Source: Lytechinus pictus
Taxonomy: Eukaryota
Assembly (NCBI RefSeq): GCF_037042905.1
Contig: NC_087245.1
Span: 18,850,001 to 18,914,000, forward strand
Direction of reading: 5' to 3'
DNA: 64,000 nt
Shown in pieces: positions 52,056 to 64,000 of the stretch. Each line of letters begins with the position of its first letter. Within the stretch, counting starts at the first letter, position 1. The position numbers were made by a program, and so were the translations under genes. The notes beneath the pieces were generated by a model. That model was not told where the DNA came from. It made no database searches and saw only the letters and a program-made list of their open reading frames with translations.

Positions 52056-55000
52056 CTGAGAATAGTAGCACATCATACAATTGTTTTACCTTGGAACTAT
52101 TGTTATCATTAACCTTTACCAAACCAAATAATAATGAACTAACAAAGAAAATAAAATGATCAAATAAATGATAACAATTTGAATACCTCTTCGTAGTATA
52201 TGCCATGATGATTCCCATAGCAATCAATTATCTTTCCCCACTTCATATCTTTTGCCAATAATATTTCATTCATTTTTTTCCAGGGATCATAGCTCCCATA
52301 CCAGATCAATAAATGGCCTACTTTTCATCAAGTCACTGCAGTAGTCCTTGCCCCTTCCTTTGCTTTATTCATCCCAAATGCCAGATTAAAACATACAGTC
52401 CCTCAAATGGATTCTGGATCATGGGATTACACAAAAAGCATGCTTCATTTTTTATGGGTTGGACTACGCATTTTAAAAGTGTGAGAAGCAGACTGAGAAT
52501 CAATTATTTTCTGTCTTTCAACCCCACTCAATTAATCTCGCTGATAGATATTGAACATTCATTATTAATTTCTCCTCCTCACCAACAAATGATACATACT
52601 TTCCCCATACATCTGTTATGACTTTTCATCACCCAAAATTTTTGTTGGCAGAAGTACATTTCATATTTTAGCTTCGTTCCAATGATTAGTTTCATTCATT
52701 TCATATTTTCCCTCATTCAAGTGACAAAGGGTTATCTTTCCTAGGATATTTATAATTAAACCCAAGTATGTCTATCCTGTTATCATTTTAAAAATCCTTT
52801 TATCATTTTAAATACCTTCACTGATTCACATTATACCGTTGCAAACCTTTTCAATAATTCAACTTTGAACTTGAGCTCACCGTGAAATTATTTCTGAGGT
52901 TCTCCAAATAACATTTATTGTCTCTGCTTCCATGTGTGCCCAATTACAAATCTATTTTGCAATATTTAACCCCTACATTCTAAAAAATGGGCCTTTGTCA
53001 GGACTCATCTACCCCTCCCCAACTCTTTTCTTTCTTTTTTCCTTTATTTTATCTCCTTTTTCTCTTTCCTTACTAGCACTCCATATATCTCTCTCATTAG
53101 AGATCTCCCTGTCGCTCTGTGTTTCACTCTCCATGCCTATTTCTTCAGGCATTGTCCGACATCTTCCCAACGATGACTACGACACCACCACCCCACCGTT
53201 GTCAAGCCTATTTTGAACAGCATCACTCTGCATTAGCATAGAACGGAAACTAGGTCAAGATAAGCAATCACTTTGATGACCTGTGCGATCCATACAGCAT
53301 CTGGTCCAAGGAAAAAAACAAGAAAATACACCATCCCTTTTCAATATTCATGAGATGAGAGAGCTGTGGGGTATATCTCTCATTCCATGATGAATGGGAG
53401 AGAACTCCTCTTACTCCAAATGCCATGGGATCACAAGCTTTCTACAACCATGAACTTGTGTTGTGGAGCTGCTGCATCAATGCTCCGAAACTGGACCACA
53501 ATTTTCATCTCATCTTTCTTTATTTCCACTCTCCCATCTTTCGGACTCTTGATTTCACTTGAAGAATCAGCGTGAGAGGGAGTGTAATGCAAGATGGTGA
53601 ATGTAGATGTGCCTTTGCAGAAACTAGAATTATATGGAATAGAGTCAGTCAACAGTATACAAGTAGGTTGATGAATCTAATGATTTCCTAACAGGCCCGC
53701 AGGTAGTGCCATCATGAAAATGGAACTGAATTAACCGTATCTTTATTTGTTTTAATTGAGGCTTCATGAAAGATCTGTCAAATACCAAAATTTCCATCAA
53801 TCATCAAAATGAACTTGATATTGCAAGGGAGGGTAGGATAATTATATTTGCAAATTGTTGATGCTTCTCCTGTGATATAACAATGGGGGAATGGAAGATG
53901 AAAGTCGACATAAAGCTGTTTGTAAAGTTGAGCAAGATTTTTCACATGACTTGAATACACTCATCTGCATATCCAAATGCCGCTGACTAATGGCACAAGA
54001 ACATCTACCAGTCAGTGGTGAAATCATGAGTGATAGCTTTATTAAACAACTTCATCGCTTCACGTCCTTACATTCGAGCCCAATCTTGAGCATACACAAT
54101 ATTACATTTCCATTTGCATTTCACAATGCTCATTCCTCCTAAAAAAAAAACCATAAATCTAAACACACCCCTCATCAGCTCTGCCCCACGTTCTCCTACT
54201 GCCGGTAGAAGCACACAAAGGGAGCCATTTTGTCAATGTCATGGTGGAAAATGTACTTAAATATCTCACATTCTTGATCCTGCCCTTGATCTCCTAAAAA
54301 GGAATTCTGCGTTCCTTTCTCCAGCATACATAATAATCATTATCAACGATTTCCAATTTGGTTTGACAATCTGTGTATGTTGGTCTTCTTACAGCATTAT
54401 GAGAGGCATTGAAATGGAAGTGATTACCATGATGCTGATATGCATGTAGCTCTCTCTCCAAGCCTATGATATTTTTTCAAAATACTTAATGAGCAAGGTA
54501 CCTCGCAGTGAAGGTGAAGGATGTGTTATGTCAAGCATAAAAATCTGTCAAGCAGTACTACTATTGGTTATATCACCAAGGCAACTTTTGTTTGAAATGC
54601 AGATATTAGTGTCCTTTGGATGGCTCCGTTGCAATGTTATCAACCGATTACAACCAATGAGCATTTCAACCAAAATAACATTTTTTGTTCTGTATAGATA
54701 TTTTCTTGCAATGTGTAATCAACTGATCATAATTAATATTTTTATTATCTTCAGCAAACTAGAATAACAATTTTCTTTTCTTTTTGTACAGGTAGTTGCT
54801 TGGTTATGTTGTAAATAGCACAACACCAATCTTGATTTTCAACTCTTAGATCTAACATACTAAACTAATCTTTTGAGGTTTGGAAACTGTACCTAGATCA
54901 CGACAGGTAGCATGAGAATATGATTAGCACAGACCCACATATTTCTTCAAATATTAGTATTAAAAAGTAAACAAAAGATAAACCAGGTCACTGTCAGATC

Positions 55001-57575
55001 AAATTCCAATAATGGCAACTTTGCCATCTATTGCAACTAATAGTATTATTATGGTGACGATGCTCCGCAGCAAATCAAAATCAATGGATATTGACACTGA
55101 TATTGACATTGATGGTAAATTTATCATCGATAAGCAAGTTTCCTGCAATAGAGGCCCAGACTGCTCAGGTGAATTTGTCTTGTGAGAGTGAAAAGGGGTA
55201 TCCCTCACTGGATGGGTTACTGCATTCTTTCTCATTGCAGTTCCAATAAAAAAAAATATGCCTTGTCAAAACGGTGCATTCATAACTACCACTTGTGTCC
55301 AAATATAGCTTCTGTGTATTTTCCCTCTTTCCTACCGATCTTTCTCTCTTTGCCACGTTAATTTGAGGCCTGGACGACGGCCAAACCTTGCCTGCTTGCG
55401 AATTCATCAATCAACTAGCTCTCTAGAGCTCCCTCATGCAGTCTTCTCACAGCAAGCTCCCTCTCTCTATCTCTCTCTCCCTTTTTCCCCATCGGCCTTG
55501 CCATTGTTCACGTGGTATTCTCTTTAAATCCACGTCTTTACCCCCCAGAAATGTGAAACAGTCAAAGGGGGTAAACCAGTTCACTTTTTGCGCTATTAGA
55601 CCACCTAGGTCTTCCGTATAATTCTCTCAATGCGAGTTCTCTTCAAACCTTTATGGATATTTCAATCTATTCATCACTTTCATCTATATTAAATTTCCCC
55701 CAAAAAGTTGATTTTTCTCTATGTTCTTTGCCCAGTTACTACTCTCTCTACCAATTTTCATCCACATAATGTCTACATTTTAGGGTCTACTACTACTGTC
55801 CTTTCATAGACATAGGCACTATCATCTACATGGCCCGCTGCTTTTAGGTAAGTCCCCTACAAACTGAGAATCACACAACATGTAGTTCGTACAACTTATT
55901 TGATTCTAAAACATCATTAAACCTATATGGTGATTATGATTTACCCATAGATACCAGATGGAGCAAGCTGAGACTTGGTGGTATACTATGGGTTAACACT
56001 CCTGGGGGGGTAACACTTCACATGACATCTTAGGCTTGTAATGATTGATGGTATCGTATTGCCGCTCATTCATTCATTCATTTCACAAGACCAATGTAAA
56101 CCTCTCTCATTCAGACTGGCATCATGGCATGGCTTATGCATGATGTAAAAGGTCAGGGTATCCATACTAGAGATGTGAAAGGTTACCAGTCTCTATGCAT
56201 GCTAATGCAGTAAAACCCCCAACAGGACCCCCTCTGGCAGTTGTCTTGCTAAATTTATCTGACATTTTCATTTGGCCCTGTTGTTGTAGTTTCTGCTGGC
56301 TAGCTGCTATTATAACTACCCTAGAAACTTCAGGAACAATGCTTTCGTGACGAACAGAAGAGCAAAAGTTCATTGATGACAGACTTGCTAGTCGTTTCAA
56401 ATGCACCCCTCTTTTGATTGGAACGGTTTAGATAAACAACAGGAATAACCCTTAAGTAATTCATATTGATAAATATTAATGAAAGGGCAACAATTTGAAT
56501 GAAAGTTATTGAGCAAATCTGATGGTTGCTTAAATGTCCTAAAACTCTGTCAAGAGAAGGAATATATAAGAAATGGTCTTCATACATTCCATCAAAAAGA
56601 CCATATGTGTGTGTACCTTAGTTGAAAACAATTCTGCTTAGCCTGATCTCACAAAGCCATCAAAGGGTTAAATCTAAGAGAGGAACTTATTTCTACCTCA
56701 TTCATCTAAAAATACTCCAACATGACAAGTTGTTAGATAGCTCTCGTGTGAGTGCCTAACAGGGTAGGGCTAGCCTCACATCTTTCTTCATTCAAACTAT
56801 CTTCACTCCTCTGCGACTATTTTCAGCTTGGGACTCCAAGCATATGATTGCCCTGACCTTTCTCTCAGGAAATATCATTTTTACCGTTCTAGTAATTGTT
56901 TCCAAAATTAATCGCAATGCGCCTACAGCGACAGCAATCCTTTCATTTCATGTGCACGTGTATAATTTCATCAAAAGAGAAAATCAGCATTGGACAAGAC
57001 TGTCTTCGCCTTCTCCGATTTCGCTTTCCTAGGATAGAAATGAATTGTTCATGAACCCTTCTGTGCAACATTGAATAATGTGGAAAAAAAACAGCTAATG
57101 GAAATAAAAATAAACTCATATAATCATTATGTTGATATGAGATATAATCTTCTAGAAGGTGATTTAGCATTACTTGTCAAAGGTCAAATACAACAAAAAG
57201 ATGCCTCTAATTTTGACTGAGAATAAATAATATAGGAGTGCTCTGCTTTTCCCTTAAAATAATATCTGAGGCTCCTTCAAATTGTACAGAAAATACAGAG
57301 AGGAAATTACATGAATATTTGATTAGTTGTGAATGACTTTTTAAGTCATCAAGAGAATTCAGGTTGTGACTATCTAGTGGAAAACCTGAAAGATGCATGT
57401 AGATTCCTCAAAGAACTTCTTCATGAGCCTTGTGGAAAGAAGGATACCCTGGGAAAAACATAGATGACTGGGTAACGAAGATCATCATATTCATGAGGAA
57501 AAGCTCCTGTAAGAGTGAAAGAAAATCAAACTGAAGCAGAAATTCCATTCTTAAAAGGATGGAAGAGATGATTAC

Positions 57576-58148
57576 CTCCTTGTTGCATATTGTTGTAGTT
57601 CATAGACATAGTGGGATCCATTTTGCTAGGTTGTAAAAGCTCTTTCAAAGCTGGTTTGCGAGCGAGTTCTTCTTGTGCTTTGCGATGAAACACTGATCCA
57701 GCAGTTTGTGTGGGAGGAGCAGCGAACACCGTTGGAATGCTTGACGAACGAGCGATGCCTGAACTGGAAGGCAACGATGAGAGCGGCGGCAACGTCGATG
57801 AGGACGACGATGACGACCCACCCGGCTGGCTGTGCCCTAGATGCGGTGAAGTGGGTGGTGGAAAGACGTGGAACAACGACGAAGATGGCGATGGTGAGGC
57901 TGTTGACGATGATGACGATGATGCACGCGGTGCCTTTTTTTCTATCTTAAACTTAATATGCGCCCAGTTGCTAGGAGGCGGACTACCTAGTGATGAAGTC
58001 GACGGCGATGGCGAGGGTGAAGATGTCGCCGATGTCGACGGAGATGATGGTGGTAATAATAAAGTTGGTTTTACAGCTGACGATGTTGAAGGTGTGCAAG
58101 ACACTTGGGGCTTGATGTCATCTTGTTCCGTCGACAATTGGTTGGATG
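57576..58148 (-). CDS. RAR: RAR A/B-region exon (Ser/Pro-rich); translation may instead start at the internal ATG at 57621
   Basis: Minus-strand acceptor tatatttcag|CA and donor GGA G|gtaatc. 573 nt, open frame, phase 1-1, joins in frame to the 35326 exon across a ~22.2 kb intron. Internal AAA ATG G (MDPTMSMNYNNMQQG) would give a 409-aa protein. Confidence 0.65.
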
Positions 58149-60152
58149 CTGAAATATAAGAAACACAGAGAAAGAAATGGTTAAAACAGGAATCATATAA
58201 AGAAGAAATCATGCAGGTCAATAGAGAAATGATATATAAAGAAATTATAATTGTCACGATTTATCAAAATTAACCAAATGAAATGATACAAATGGATGAA
58301 GAACAAAAAGATACAGAACTGATCTAAGACACTGTATAAAATATAAATAAATAACCTTTTCTTTTGATTTATTGTATTTTCAAAGTGAAAACTTCATTAA
58401 AAGATGAGCCAATTAAGTCATGACCAAGGCAATATCACGGTGAAAACGAAGGGTTATTAAGAGGAAGAGAGAGGGAAAGGAAAACTGATCAGATAGGTAG
58501 ACTATACATGGACAAACACACAGACCAAATAGATAAGAAGAATGTTCATTCTCATCTTGACCAAGATATAGGTCAGGTTGATGACCTCTTCCCTATACAC
58601 TATGAGAATAAACAAAGTGACTAAACGAAAAACAACCCACCAATCTGAGAGAAAAAGAACAGATTGATCAATCCCCCTCTAAGGACATTTCACACCTAAC
58701 TCTGTATAATGCACTACAAGCTGGTCCTCAGGGACTTCTCAGAGATTTGAGGACAGTCCCTTGAAGCATGGCTAAGAAAAAGAAATTTGGCACAATTTTT
58801 CAGGTCACTCCCGACCTCTTACTTCAGTAAATGGTCACTTCTACTATAAGCCTGGTAAGCTGCTTTTATTCTACAATGAAAGCCTTATAGAAATTAATCA
58901 CAGGTAACATTCTAAATGAACAGAGTTGTTATTTTTAGATTACCTTGAAAAAAGAAGGTAATATAAAAAGATATAGGTATATATTTCAAGGAGGTATCTT
59001 CCTTCAAATAAATGGTTTGATTCTAGACTTAATATATCTGTAAAATACAAATTAAGTAATTACTGGATAGATGTGATTTAACTTTTAATGGGAGCTCTAA
59101 CTGTGCATTGTCATTCTTGAAAATCTCAGACAAGTCCTATTCACTCAAATTTATGTAATGGAACACCCACGTTTCATTCAAACAATCAGAAACAATAGTC
59201 ACCATGGACTTGTGGCACAATCACTAAAACATCATTTACGACAGAACTATAAACAGATGCCAGAAACATCAATTTCAGGTTATCACCAGAGAGAAAAGGG
59301 GTCATGCAAATAACGGAGTTCTGAACACCAACCTCACGACTCACACGTCTCCCTACTTACATAAGAACAGAGTGCAATGTAGAGACACCATTATTCAAGG
59401 CAGTTTGGACTTTGACAAGCTTTAACAACTTCTACACATCACCAACATCCTAACAAGTCCTGTATTTGCGACCAATATTGCCTACCACTGCTTCCATTTC
59501 ACACAATCTTCTTTCTGAATATTACAAATGTCTTGAAATGTCTACACAGATCAACTAACTCCAGTTATGGTTTCCCTACATATGGAAAAATAGAAGCTAT
59601 AGACATTAATAATCATGCAGGCAACATCCTTTATCCTTCAAATCCTAAGCTATATACTCCATTCTGAAAAAGTTTTAAAGTTTTTAACTCCCTGGAATGA
59701 CTTCAAACAAAATGTGAAAAGAAGTACTGTATACCTTACAGCAGCTTTGGAACTATTAAATAAAAATCTCCAATATCTAGTCATTATTCCGGAGACATGA
59801 ACTATATAGGTAATTCTTCTCCTTTTTTAGGCAGTTTGACATTATTTTTTAACCTGTCAGAGACTGAATGATTTTTACTACATCACATGATTTCCATAGA
59901 CTTCAGAACACATCTATGCAGGCTCAGCCTTCAAAGAGTTAAAGCACTTTATCAAATATAACTGCCGTCTACCTGCTTTGATGATTTCACAGCCTTTAAA
60001 ATCTGTTAGTTGCAGTTTTATTTCAAGGGATGAAGTAGAATGAAAATGTTATGAAAAAGACAGAAAGTTATAATGATAGGGAGCCACTAGAACAAAGATT
60101 TTAAATATCCTGTACTTAAACTCAAGAGAATTTTAAAAATATATATACAACA

Positions 60153-61147
60153 CAGTGTCGAAATTACTTTTTATTTTTAGGGAGCCATTTTGAAAAATAA
60201 AGGAGAGCCATTTTTCATTTTACTAGAGCCATTTTCAGTTTTCGAGAGCCATTAAAAAAAAAATGATTCAGCGCATGGTTTCGGCATCGCAGTTTTCTTT
60301 ATTGTTGTCCATTAACATGTAGATCTAATGGTTATTGTTTGTATCTCATTACTTCTTGTATATCAAATTAAATGGACGTTCTAACAACTTTTTTTTAATA
60401 TACAATTTTGTCCATCAAATTGAAAAGGATGAAGTTTATCAAATTTGAACAGAATTTGTATTCAGAGGAATCCTTTTCATAAATACTTTTTGACTAAAAC
60501 TCACTTGAAAATTATTTAATGAAATATATAATAAATCACAGCCTGACAGCTAACGTCACCATGTCAACTATTTCTCAAGCTAGCTAGGCTACGCAATGCC
60601 TATGCTAGCGCAGCTCAGCCACTGAACATAGCACAGCTCTCAGTCAATCATCACCGCAACACAGACGGGTATGAAACTGCATTAGCGCCAATACATGTAT
60701 ACATGTACATTCGGGCACTGACCGTTACTCACCAAAAATCCCCACAGAAAATCCTAATTTCGGTCTGAAAATTGCGGGATCTGCGCCAAATTTCCAGAGC
60801 ACCAAGTGGCTTAGTTCAGATTTGAGAAGTGGAGTTTCCGAAAATTACTCTAAAATAAAACAAAATGTGATTTTCTTCAGAGCTCACGATCTTGTTATTA
60901 ATATTTTTTTCATTTATTATTATTTTTTTCAGAATGCGACGATGCATGAAAGTAAAAACTGCGGCTGCGCTGACCTGGCTGTCTGACTGCTAATATGCAG
61001 TCATAAATGGGAGACTGGATGGGCGCGGACGGGAGCGATTTTCATGTTGGGAGTTGCTCGGTACTTGGCAGATTTAGGAAGTTGCCAGAGCGATTCCAAA
61101 GCACACGAGGGCAGAATCGCTCATCGCTCCCGTGTATTTTCAACCTG
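60153..61147. mobile_element. Non-autonomous hAT-type element
   Basis: Perfect 8-bp TSD ATACAACA (60145-60152 and 61148-61155); imperfect TIR CAGTGTCGAAATTAC / GTATTTTCAACCTG; four subterminal GAGCCATT motifs. Confidence 0.8.
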
Positions 61148-61294
61148 ATACAACACTTTGTATGAAAGGAAAAAGCAATCTTTAATCTGGGTCTCTAATA
61201 TTGTCTGCAAACTTTATCAAGGGGAAATCTTTCATCACACCATTTTTCATAAGGCTATCTATCAGACTCAATCTAAATAAAATACTATTTCTAA

Positions 61295-62117
61295 GGGTGC
61301 GTTTATCCGCCACTTTTTTACCCTAGAATCATGATCTGAATCATGATTCAAATCATGATTCTGCAGAATCACTATTGCGTTTAGTCGAAATTGAATATAA
61401 TCATGATTAGAATCACAAACATGAAACACGAAAAAGGGGGCGTTTGGAAAGACGTTTCTGCAGAATCACGTACGAAAATGTTCGAATAAACGATATCGTG
61501 ATTACAATCATGATTCTATGACCTCACTGTTGTGTCGGGCTACTCTTCGGTTTGACTCTTGCCAAGCTCAAGGCGCTCTATATGCCCATTGTATGTACAT
61601 GATTATGTACTACGCATGCATTTCTTGTCATGTTCAAGTTCTGTGTTGGTCATCGCATCGTCCACTACTTTTCATTTTTTGGTCATGTCTTCAACTTCAA
61701 GTTCTAGTAAATGAATTAACTGGACAGACAATGATCTCAGTTGTTGTTGAGTATACAGTATCAATATTAAATTGGATCTACGCTGAAATTCACTTCCGAA
61801 CACCATTTTGGATAAACTAACAAGATGAATAGAAGCATATGGATCCTATATGATAGAAGTAAACAAAATGAGGTATAAACTGTATTCTGGAAGCAAAAGA
61901 TTTTTCGAGAGCCAAAACACGTGCGAAAAACTTCCTCTGTCAAACTGCGCACTAGTGATGCGCACTGGATTGGCCCGAATCTGAGGAGAAACAGCATTGG
62001 AATGAAGGTCGTCTAAACGCTGATTCTGTGATATTGTGATTCATGTTTGTGTTTTGAATCATGATTCAAATCATGATTCAAATCATGATTCTGGCTTGAG
62101 GTCGCATAAACGCAGCC
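61295..62117. mobile_element. PIF/Harbinger-type non-autonomous element
   Basis: TIR GGGTGCGTTTAT / ATAAACGCAGCC; TAA on both flanks; palindromic AATCATGATT subterminal repeats at both ends. Confidence 0.8.
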
Positions 62118-64000
62118 TAAGATATTCCCATCAAAATCTTTTCATTCCCAGAGTAGGCAATTCACAATAGATGTTTTAAAAGGATTACAAAGATAAGGCA
62201 TTATGCATTTATTATTCATGATGGTTTATAGTGGCATATATGACTTCAAAATGCCAGACAACTGCCAATCCAGGAATATTACAAGATTGACGTCGAAACT
62301 AGGCTGAGCCATAGCAACTGAGAAGTCGGTCTTTATGTCTGGCAATATTCTGTGCCATTAATCCATTCTCTTTATTTCAGCAGCATCATGTGTTACTAAA
62401 GTTCTCTTGATATCTGAAGAAATTTTTCCTTGCACTCTTACAATCAAACATATTTAGGGCTTTTGGTATTAAGTGGAACATTTTCAGCTTCAAAGGATTA
62501 TAAGGCCTATACTTTCACTTCCTTAAATATGGGGGGGGGGCATAATGGGTGAGGAAAACTTTATATCATTGATAAGGATGAAATGCCTAGTCAATTCCAT
62601 TTTACCATCAATGATAATCAAGTAGGCCTCTTGGTTGAAATTTTGAACATCAGCAGTTGGAAGAAATCAAAATTGAATGGAATTTCCCTGACTTTAATCT
62701 ACACAAAATATATTTATTTGATAGGTTAAAGGTCCTGCGAAGACTAGAGGGGGTGCCTTTAACATGAAGAAGTCCATGACACCATGAGGCCTGGCTGGTC
62801 TACACAGGAAACATTGAGATTTCCTCCTGACATTGTGCTCCCGTTTAGAGCTATGTAACTTTGGACCTTTATCCCCAAAGAGGAGAGCTGAAGGAAAGCA
62901 AACAAGGTGATACCAAAGTGTGTTTTTAAAGTAAACTCGACAAGACCATCTACAACCCTAAACTGTGCACTACCTTTTCCACGTAAGATGAGTTGTACTA
63001 CATAGAATAGAACAGAACTAGCTATGACTGCAGAGGTTATCATCAGAATCCACTCACTAACCAATACACTTATATTATGTATCTCACTGATAATCAGTTA
63101 AACAGTCAAGAGTAATTATGAGTTAATATCAAATCAGCTTTCTTCTGGGATATCTTGCCTATGCCATACTGGCAAAAGGTGTTAACAGGGTAGGTAGTTC
63201 AAGGGAATTTATAGAAGCAAGGAACTTTTTCTCGCCTCTCTTTGTTACGTCCTGTGAATAGTAGGAGTGGAGCAATGCTCTTTTTTTTTTTAGAGCAATG
63301 GAACTGAATGACCCACAACAAGGGAGAGTCAGACTGTTCTGTTTCTTTCTTGTGATCATAAGGTCAAGGTTTGGCACAGATTTCCCATCCAAGAATCCAT
63401 TTTTGCCTGTGACTTTTCAACAAAATTGGTTTGTTTGTGTGTGTGGTGTAATAGCAATCTGCATTCACATAATCAAATTCTGCGTAGACACAGCATTGGG
63501 GGAACAATCATTGTCTGAAAAATGACAAATAGAAGGCCTGTCCAGTTCTTCTTAACTCGGCTAAATCGATTGAGTTTTATTCTTAACACAGAAAAAAAAT
63601 CATGGCACAAATCTGGAATATAGGGCCTAGGTGAATTGTAAGTATAAACCCTGTTGAGCAGTGATATACACAGGTTACACTCAGTATCCAGGATTTCATG
63701 AAAGTGAGGACATTCAAATTTCTAGAAAGATAGATTAATGGGCAGTAATTTTACTAAATTCCCCTGAAAGCCCCCATCCCACACTGAGCAGTGTGCATAA
63801 CAAGTAGGCCAACCACTGTTTCATACATTATCACTATGTCACAGTGTTCACTGTCAATCCATAGCAGCATTCTGTATGCATTCTGTATGCACCATGATTT
63901 CAGTTTTATGTTTACTTTTTTATTTGAGGAGTAACTGTCCTTTGTTTGTGATAGGAGTAATGTAATTTCCATATTAGGACCACACACCCAGTACCTAGCA

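Noticed and set aside
57710..58159. 149-aa Asp/Gly-rich plus-strand ORF
   Set aside because: Antisense shadow of the Ser/Pro-rich RAR exon.
62759..63064. 101-aa minus-strand ORF as a possible upstream RAR exon
   Set aside because: No ATG at the start, no clear phase-1 donor found, no similarity recognised.

Overview
AT-rich, intron-containing eukaryotic DNA. The repeat style and gene content suggest an invertebrate deuterostome, probably a sea urchin (inference). It holds two convergent genes. (1) On the + strand, a 3-coding-exon class A GPCR of about 398 aa (3377-5279) of the melatonin-receptor/moody/Tre1-like type, with NRM in place of DRY. (2) On the - strand, a retinoic acid receptor (RAR/NR1B) with 8 recognisable coding exons (58148 down to 19496), all with GT-AG junctions whose phases join in frame; an upstream exon is not identified. 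Introns and intergenic DNA contain many non-autonomous DNA transposons, a tRNA-derived SINE, a CR1/L2-type LINE tail, satellites and microsatellites. Main leads: a Helentron/DINE-like element inside RAR carrying a dense array of perfect AGGTCA repeats (DR5, DR1, DR4, DR8, IR1); additional DR2, DR8 and IR6 elements in the locus; a candidate in-frame 180-nt cassette exon in the RAR T-box, with an alternative stop-containing acceptor; a remodelled ligand pocket; and an LxxLL motif in a long Ser/Pro-rich N-terminal exon.
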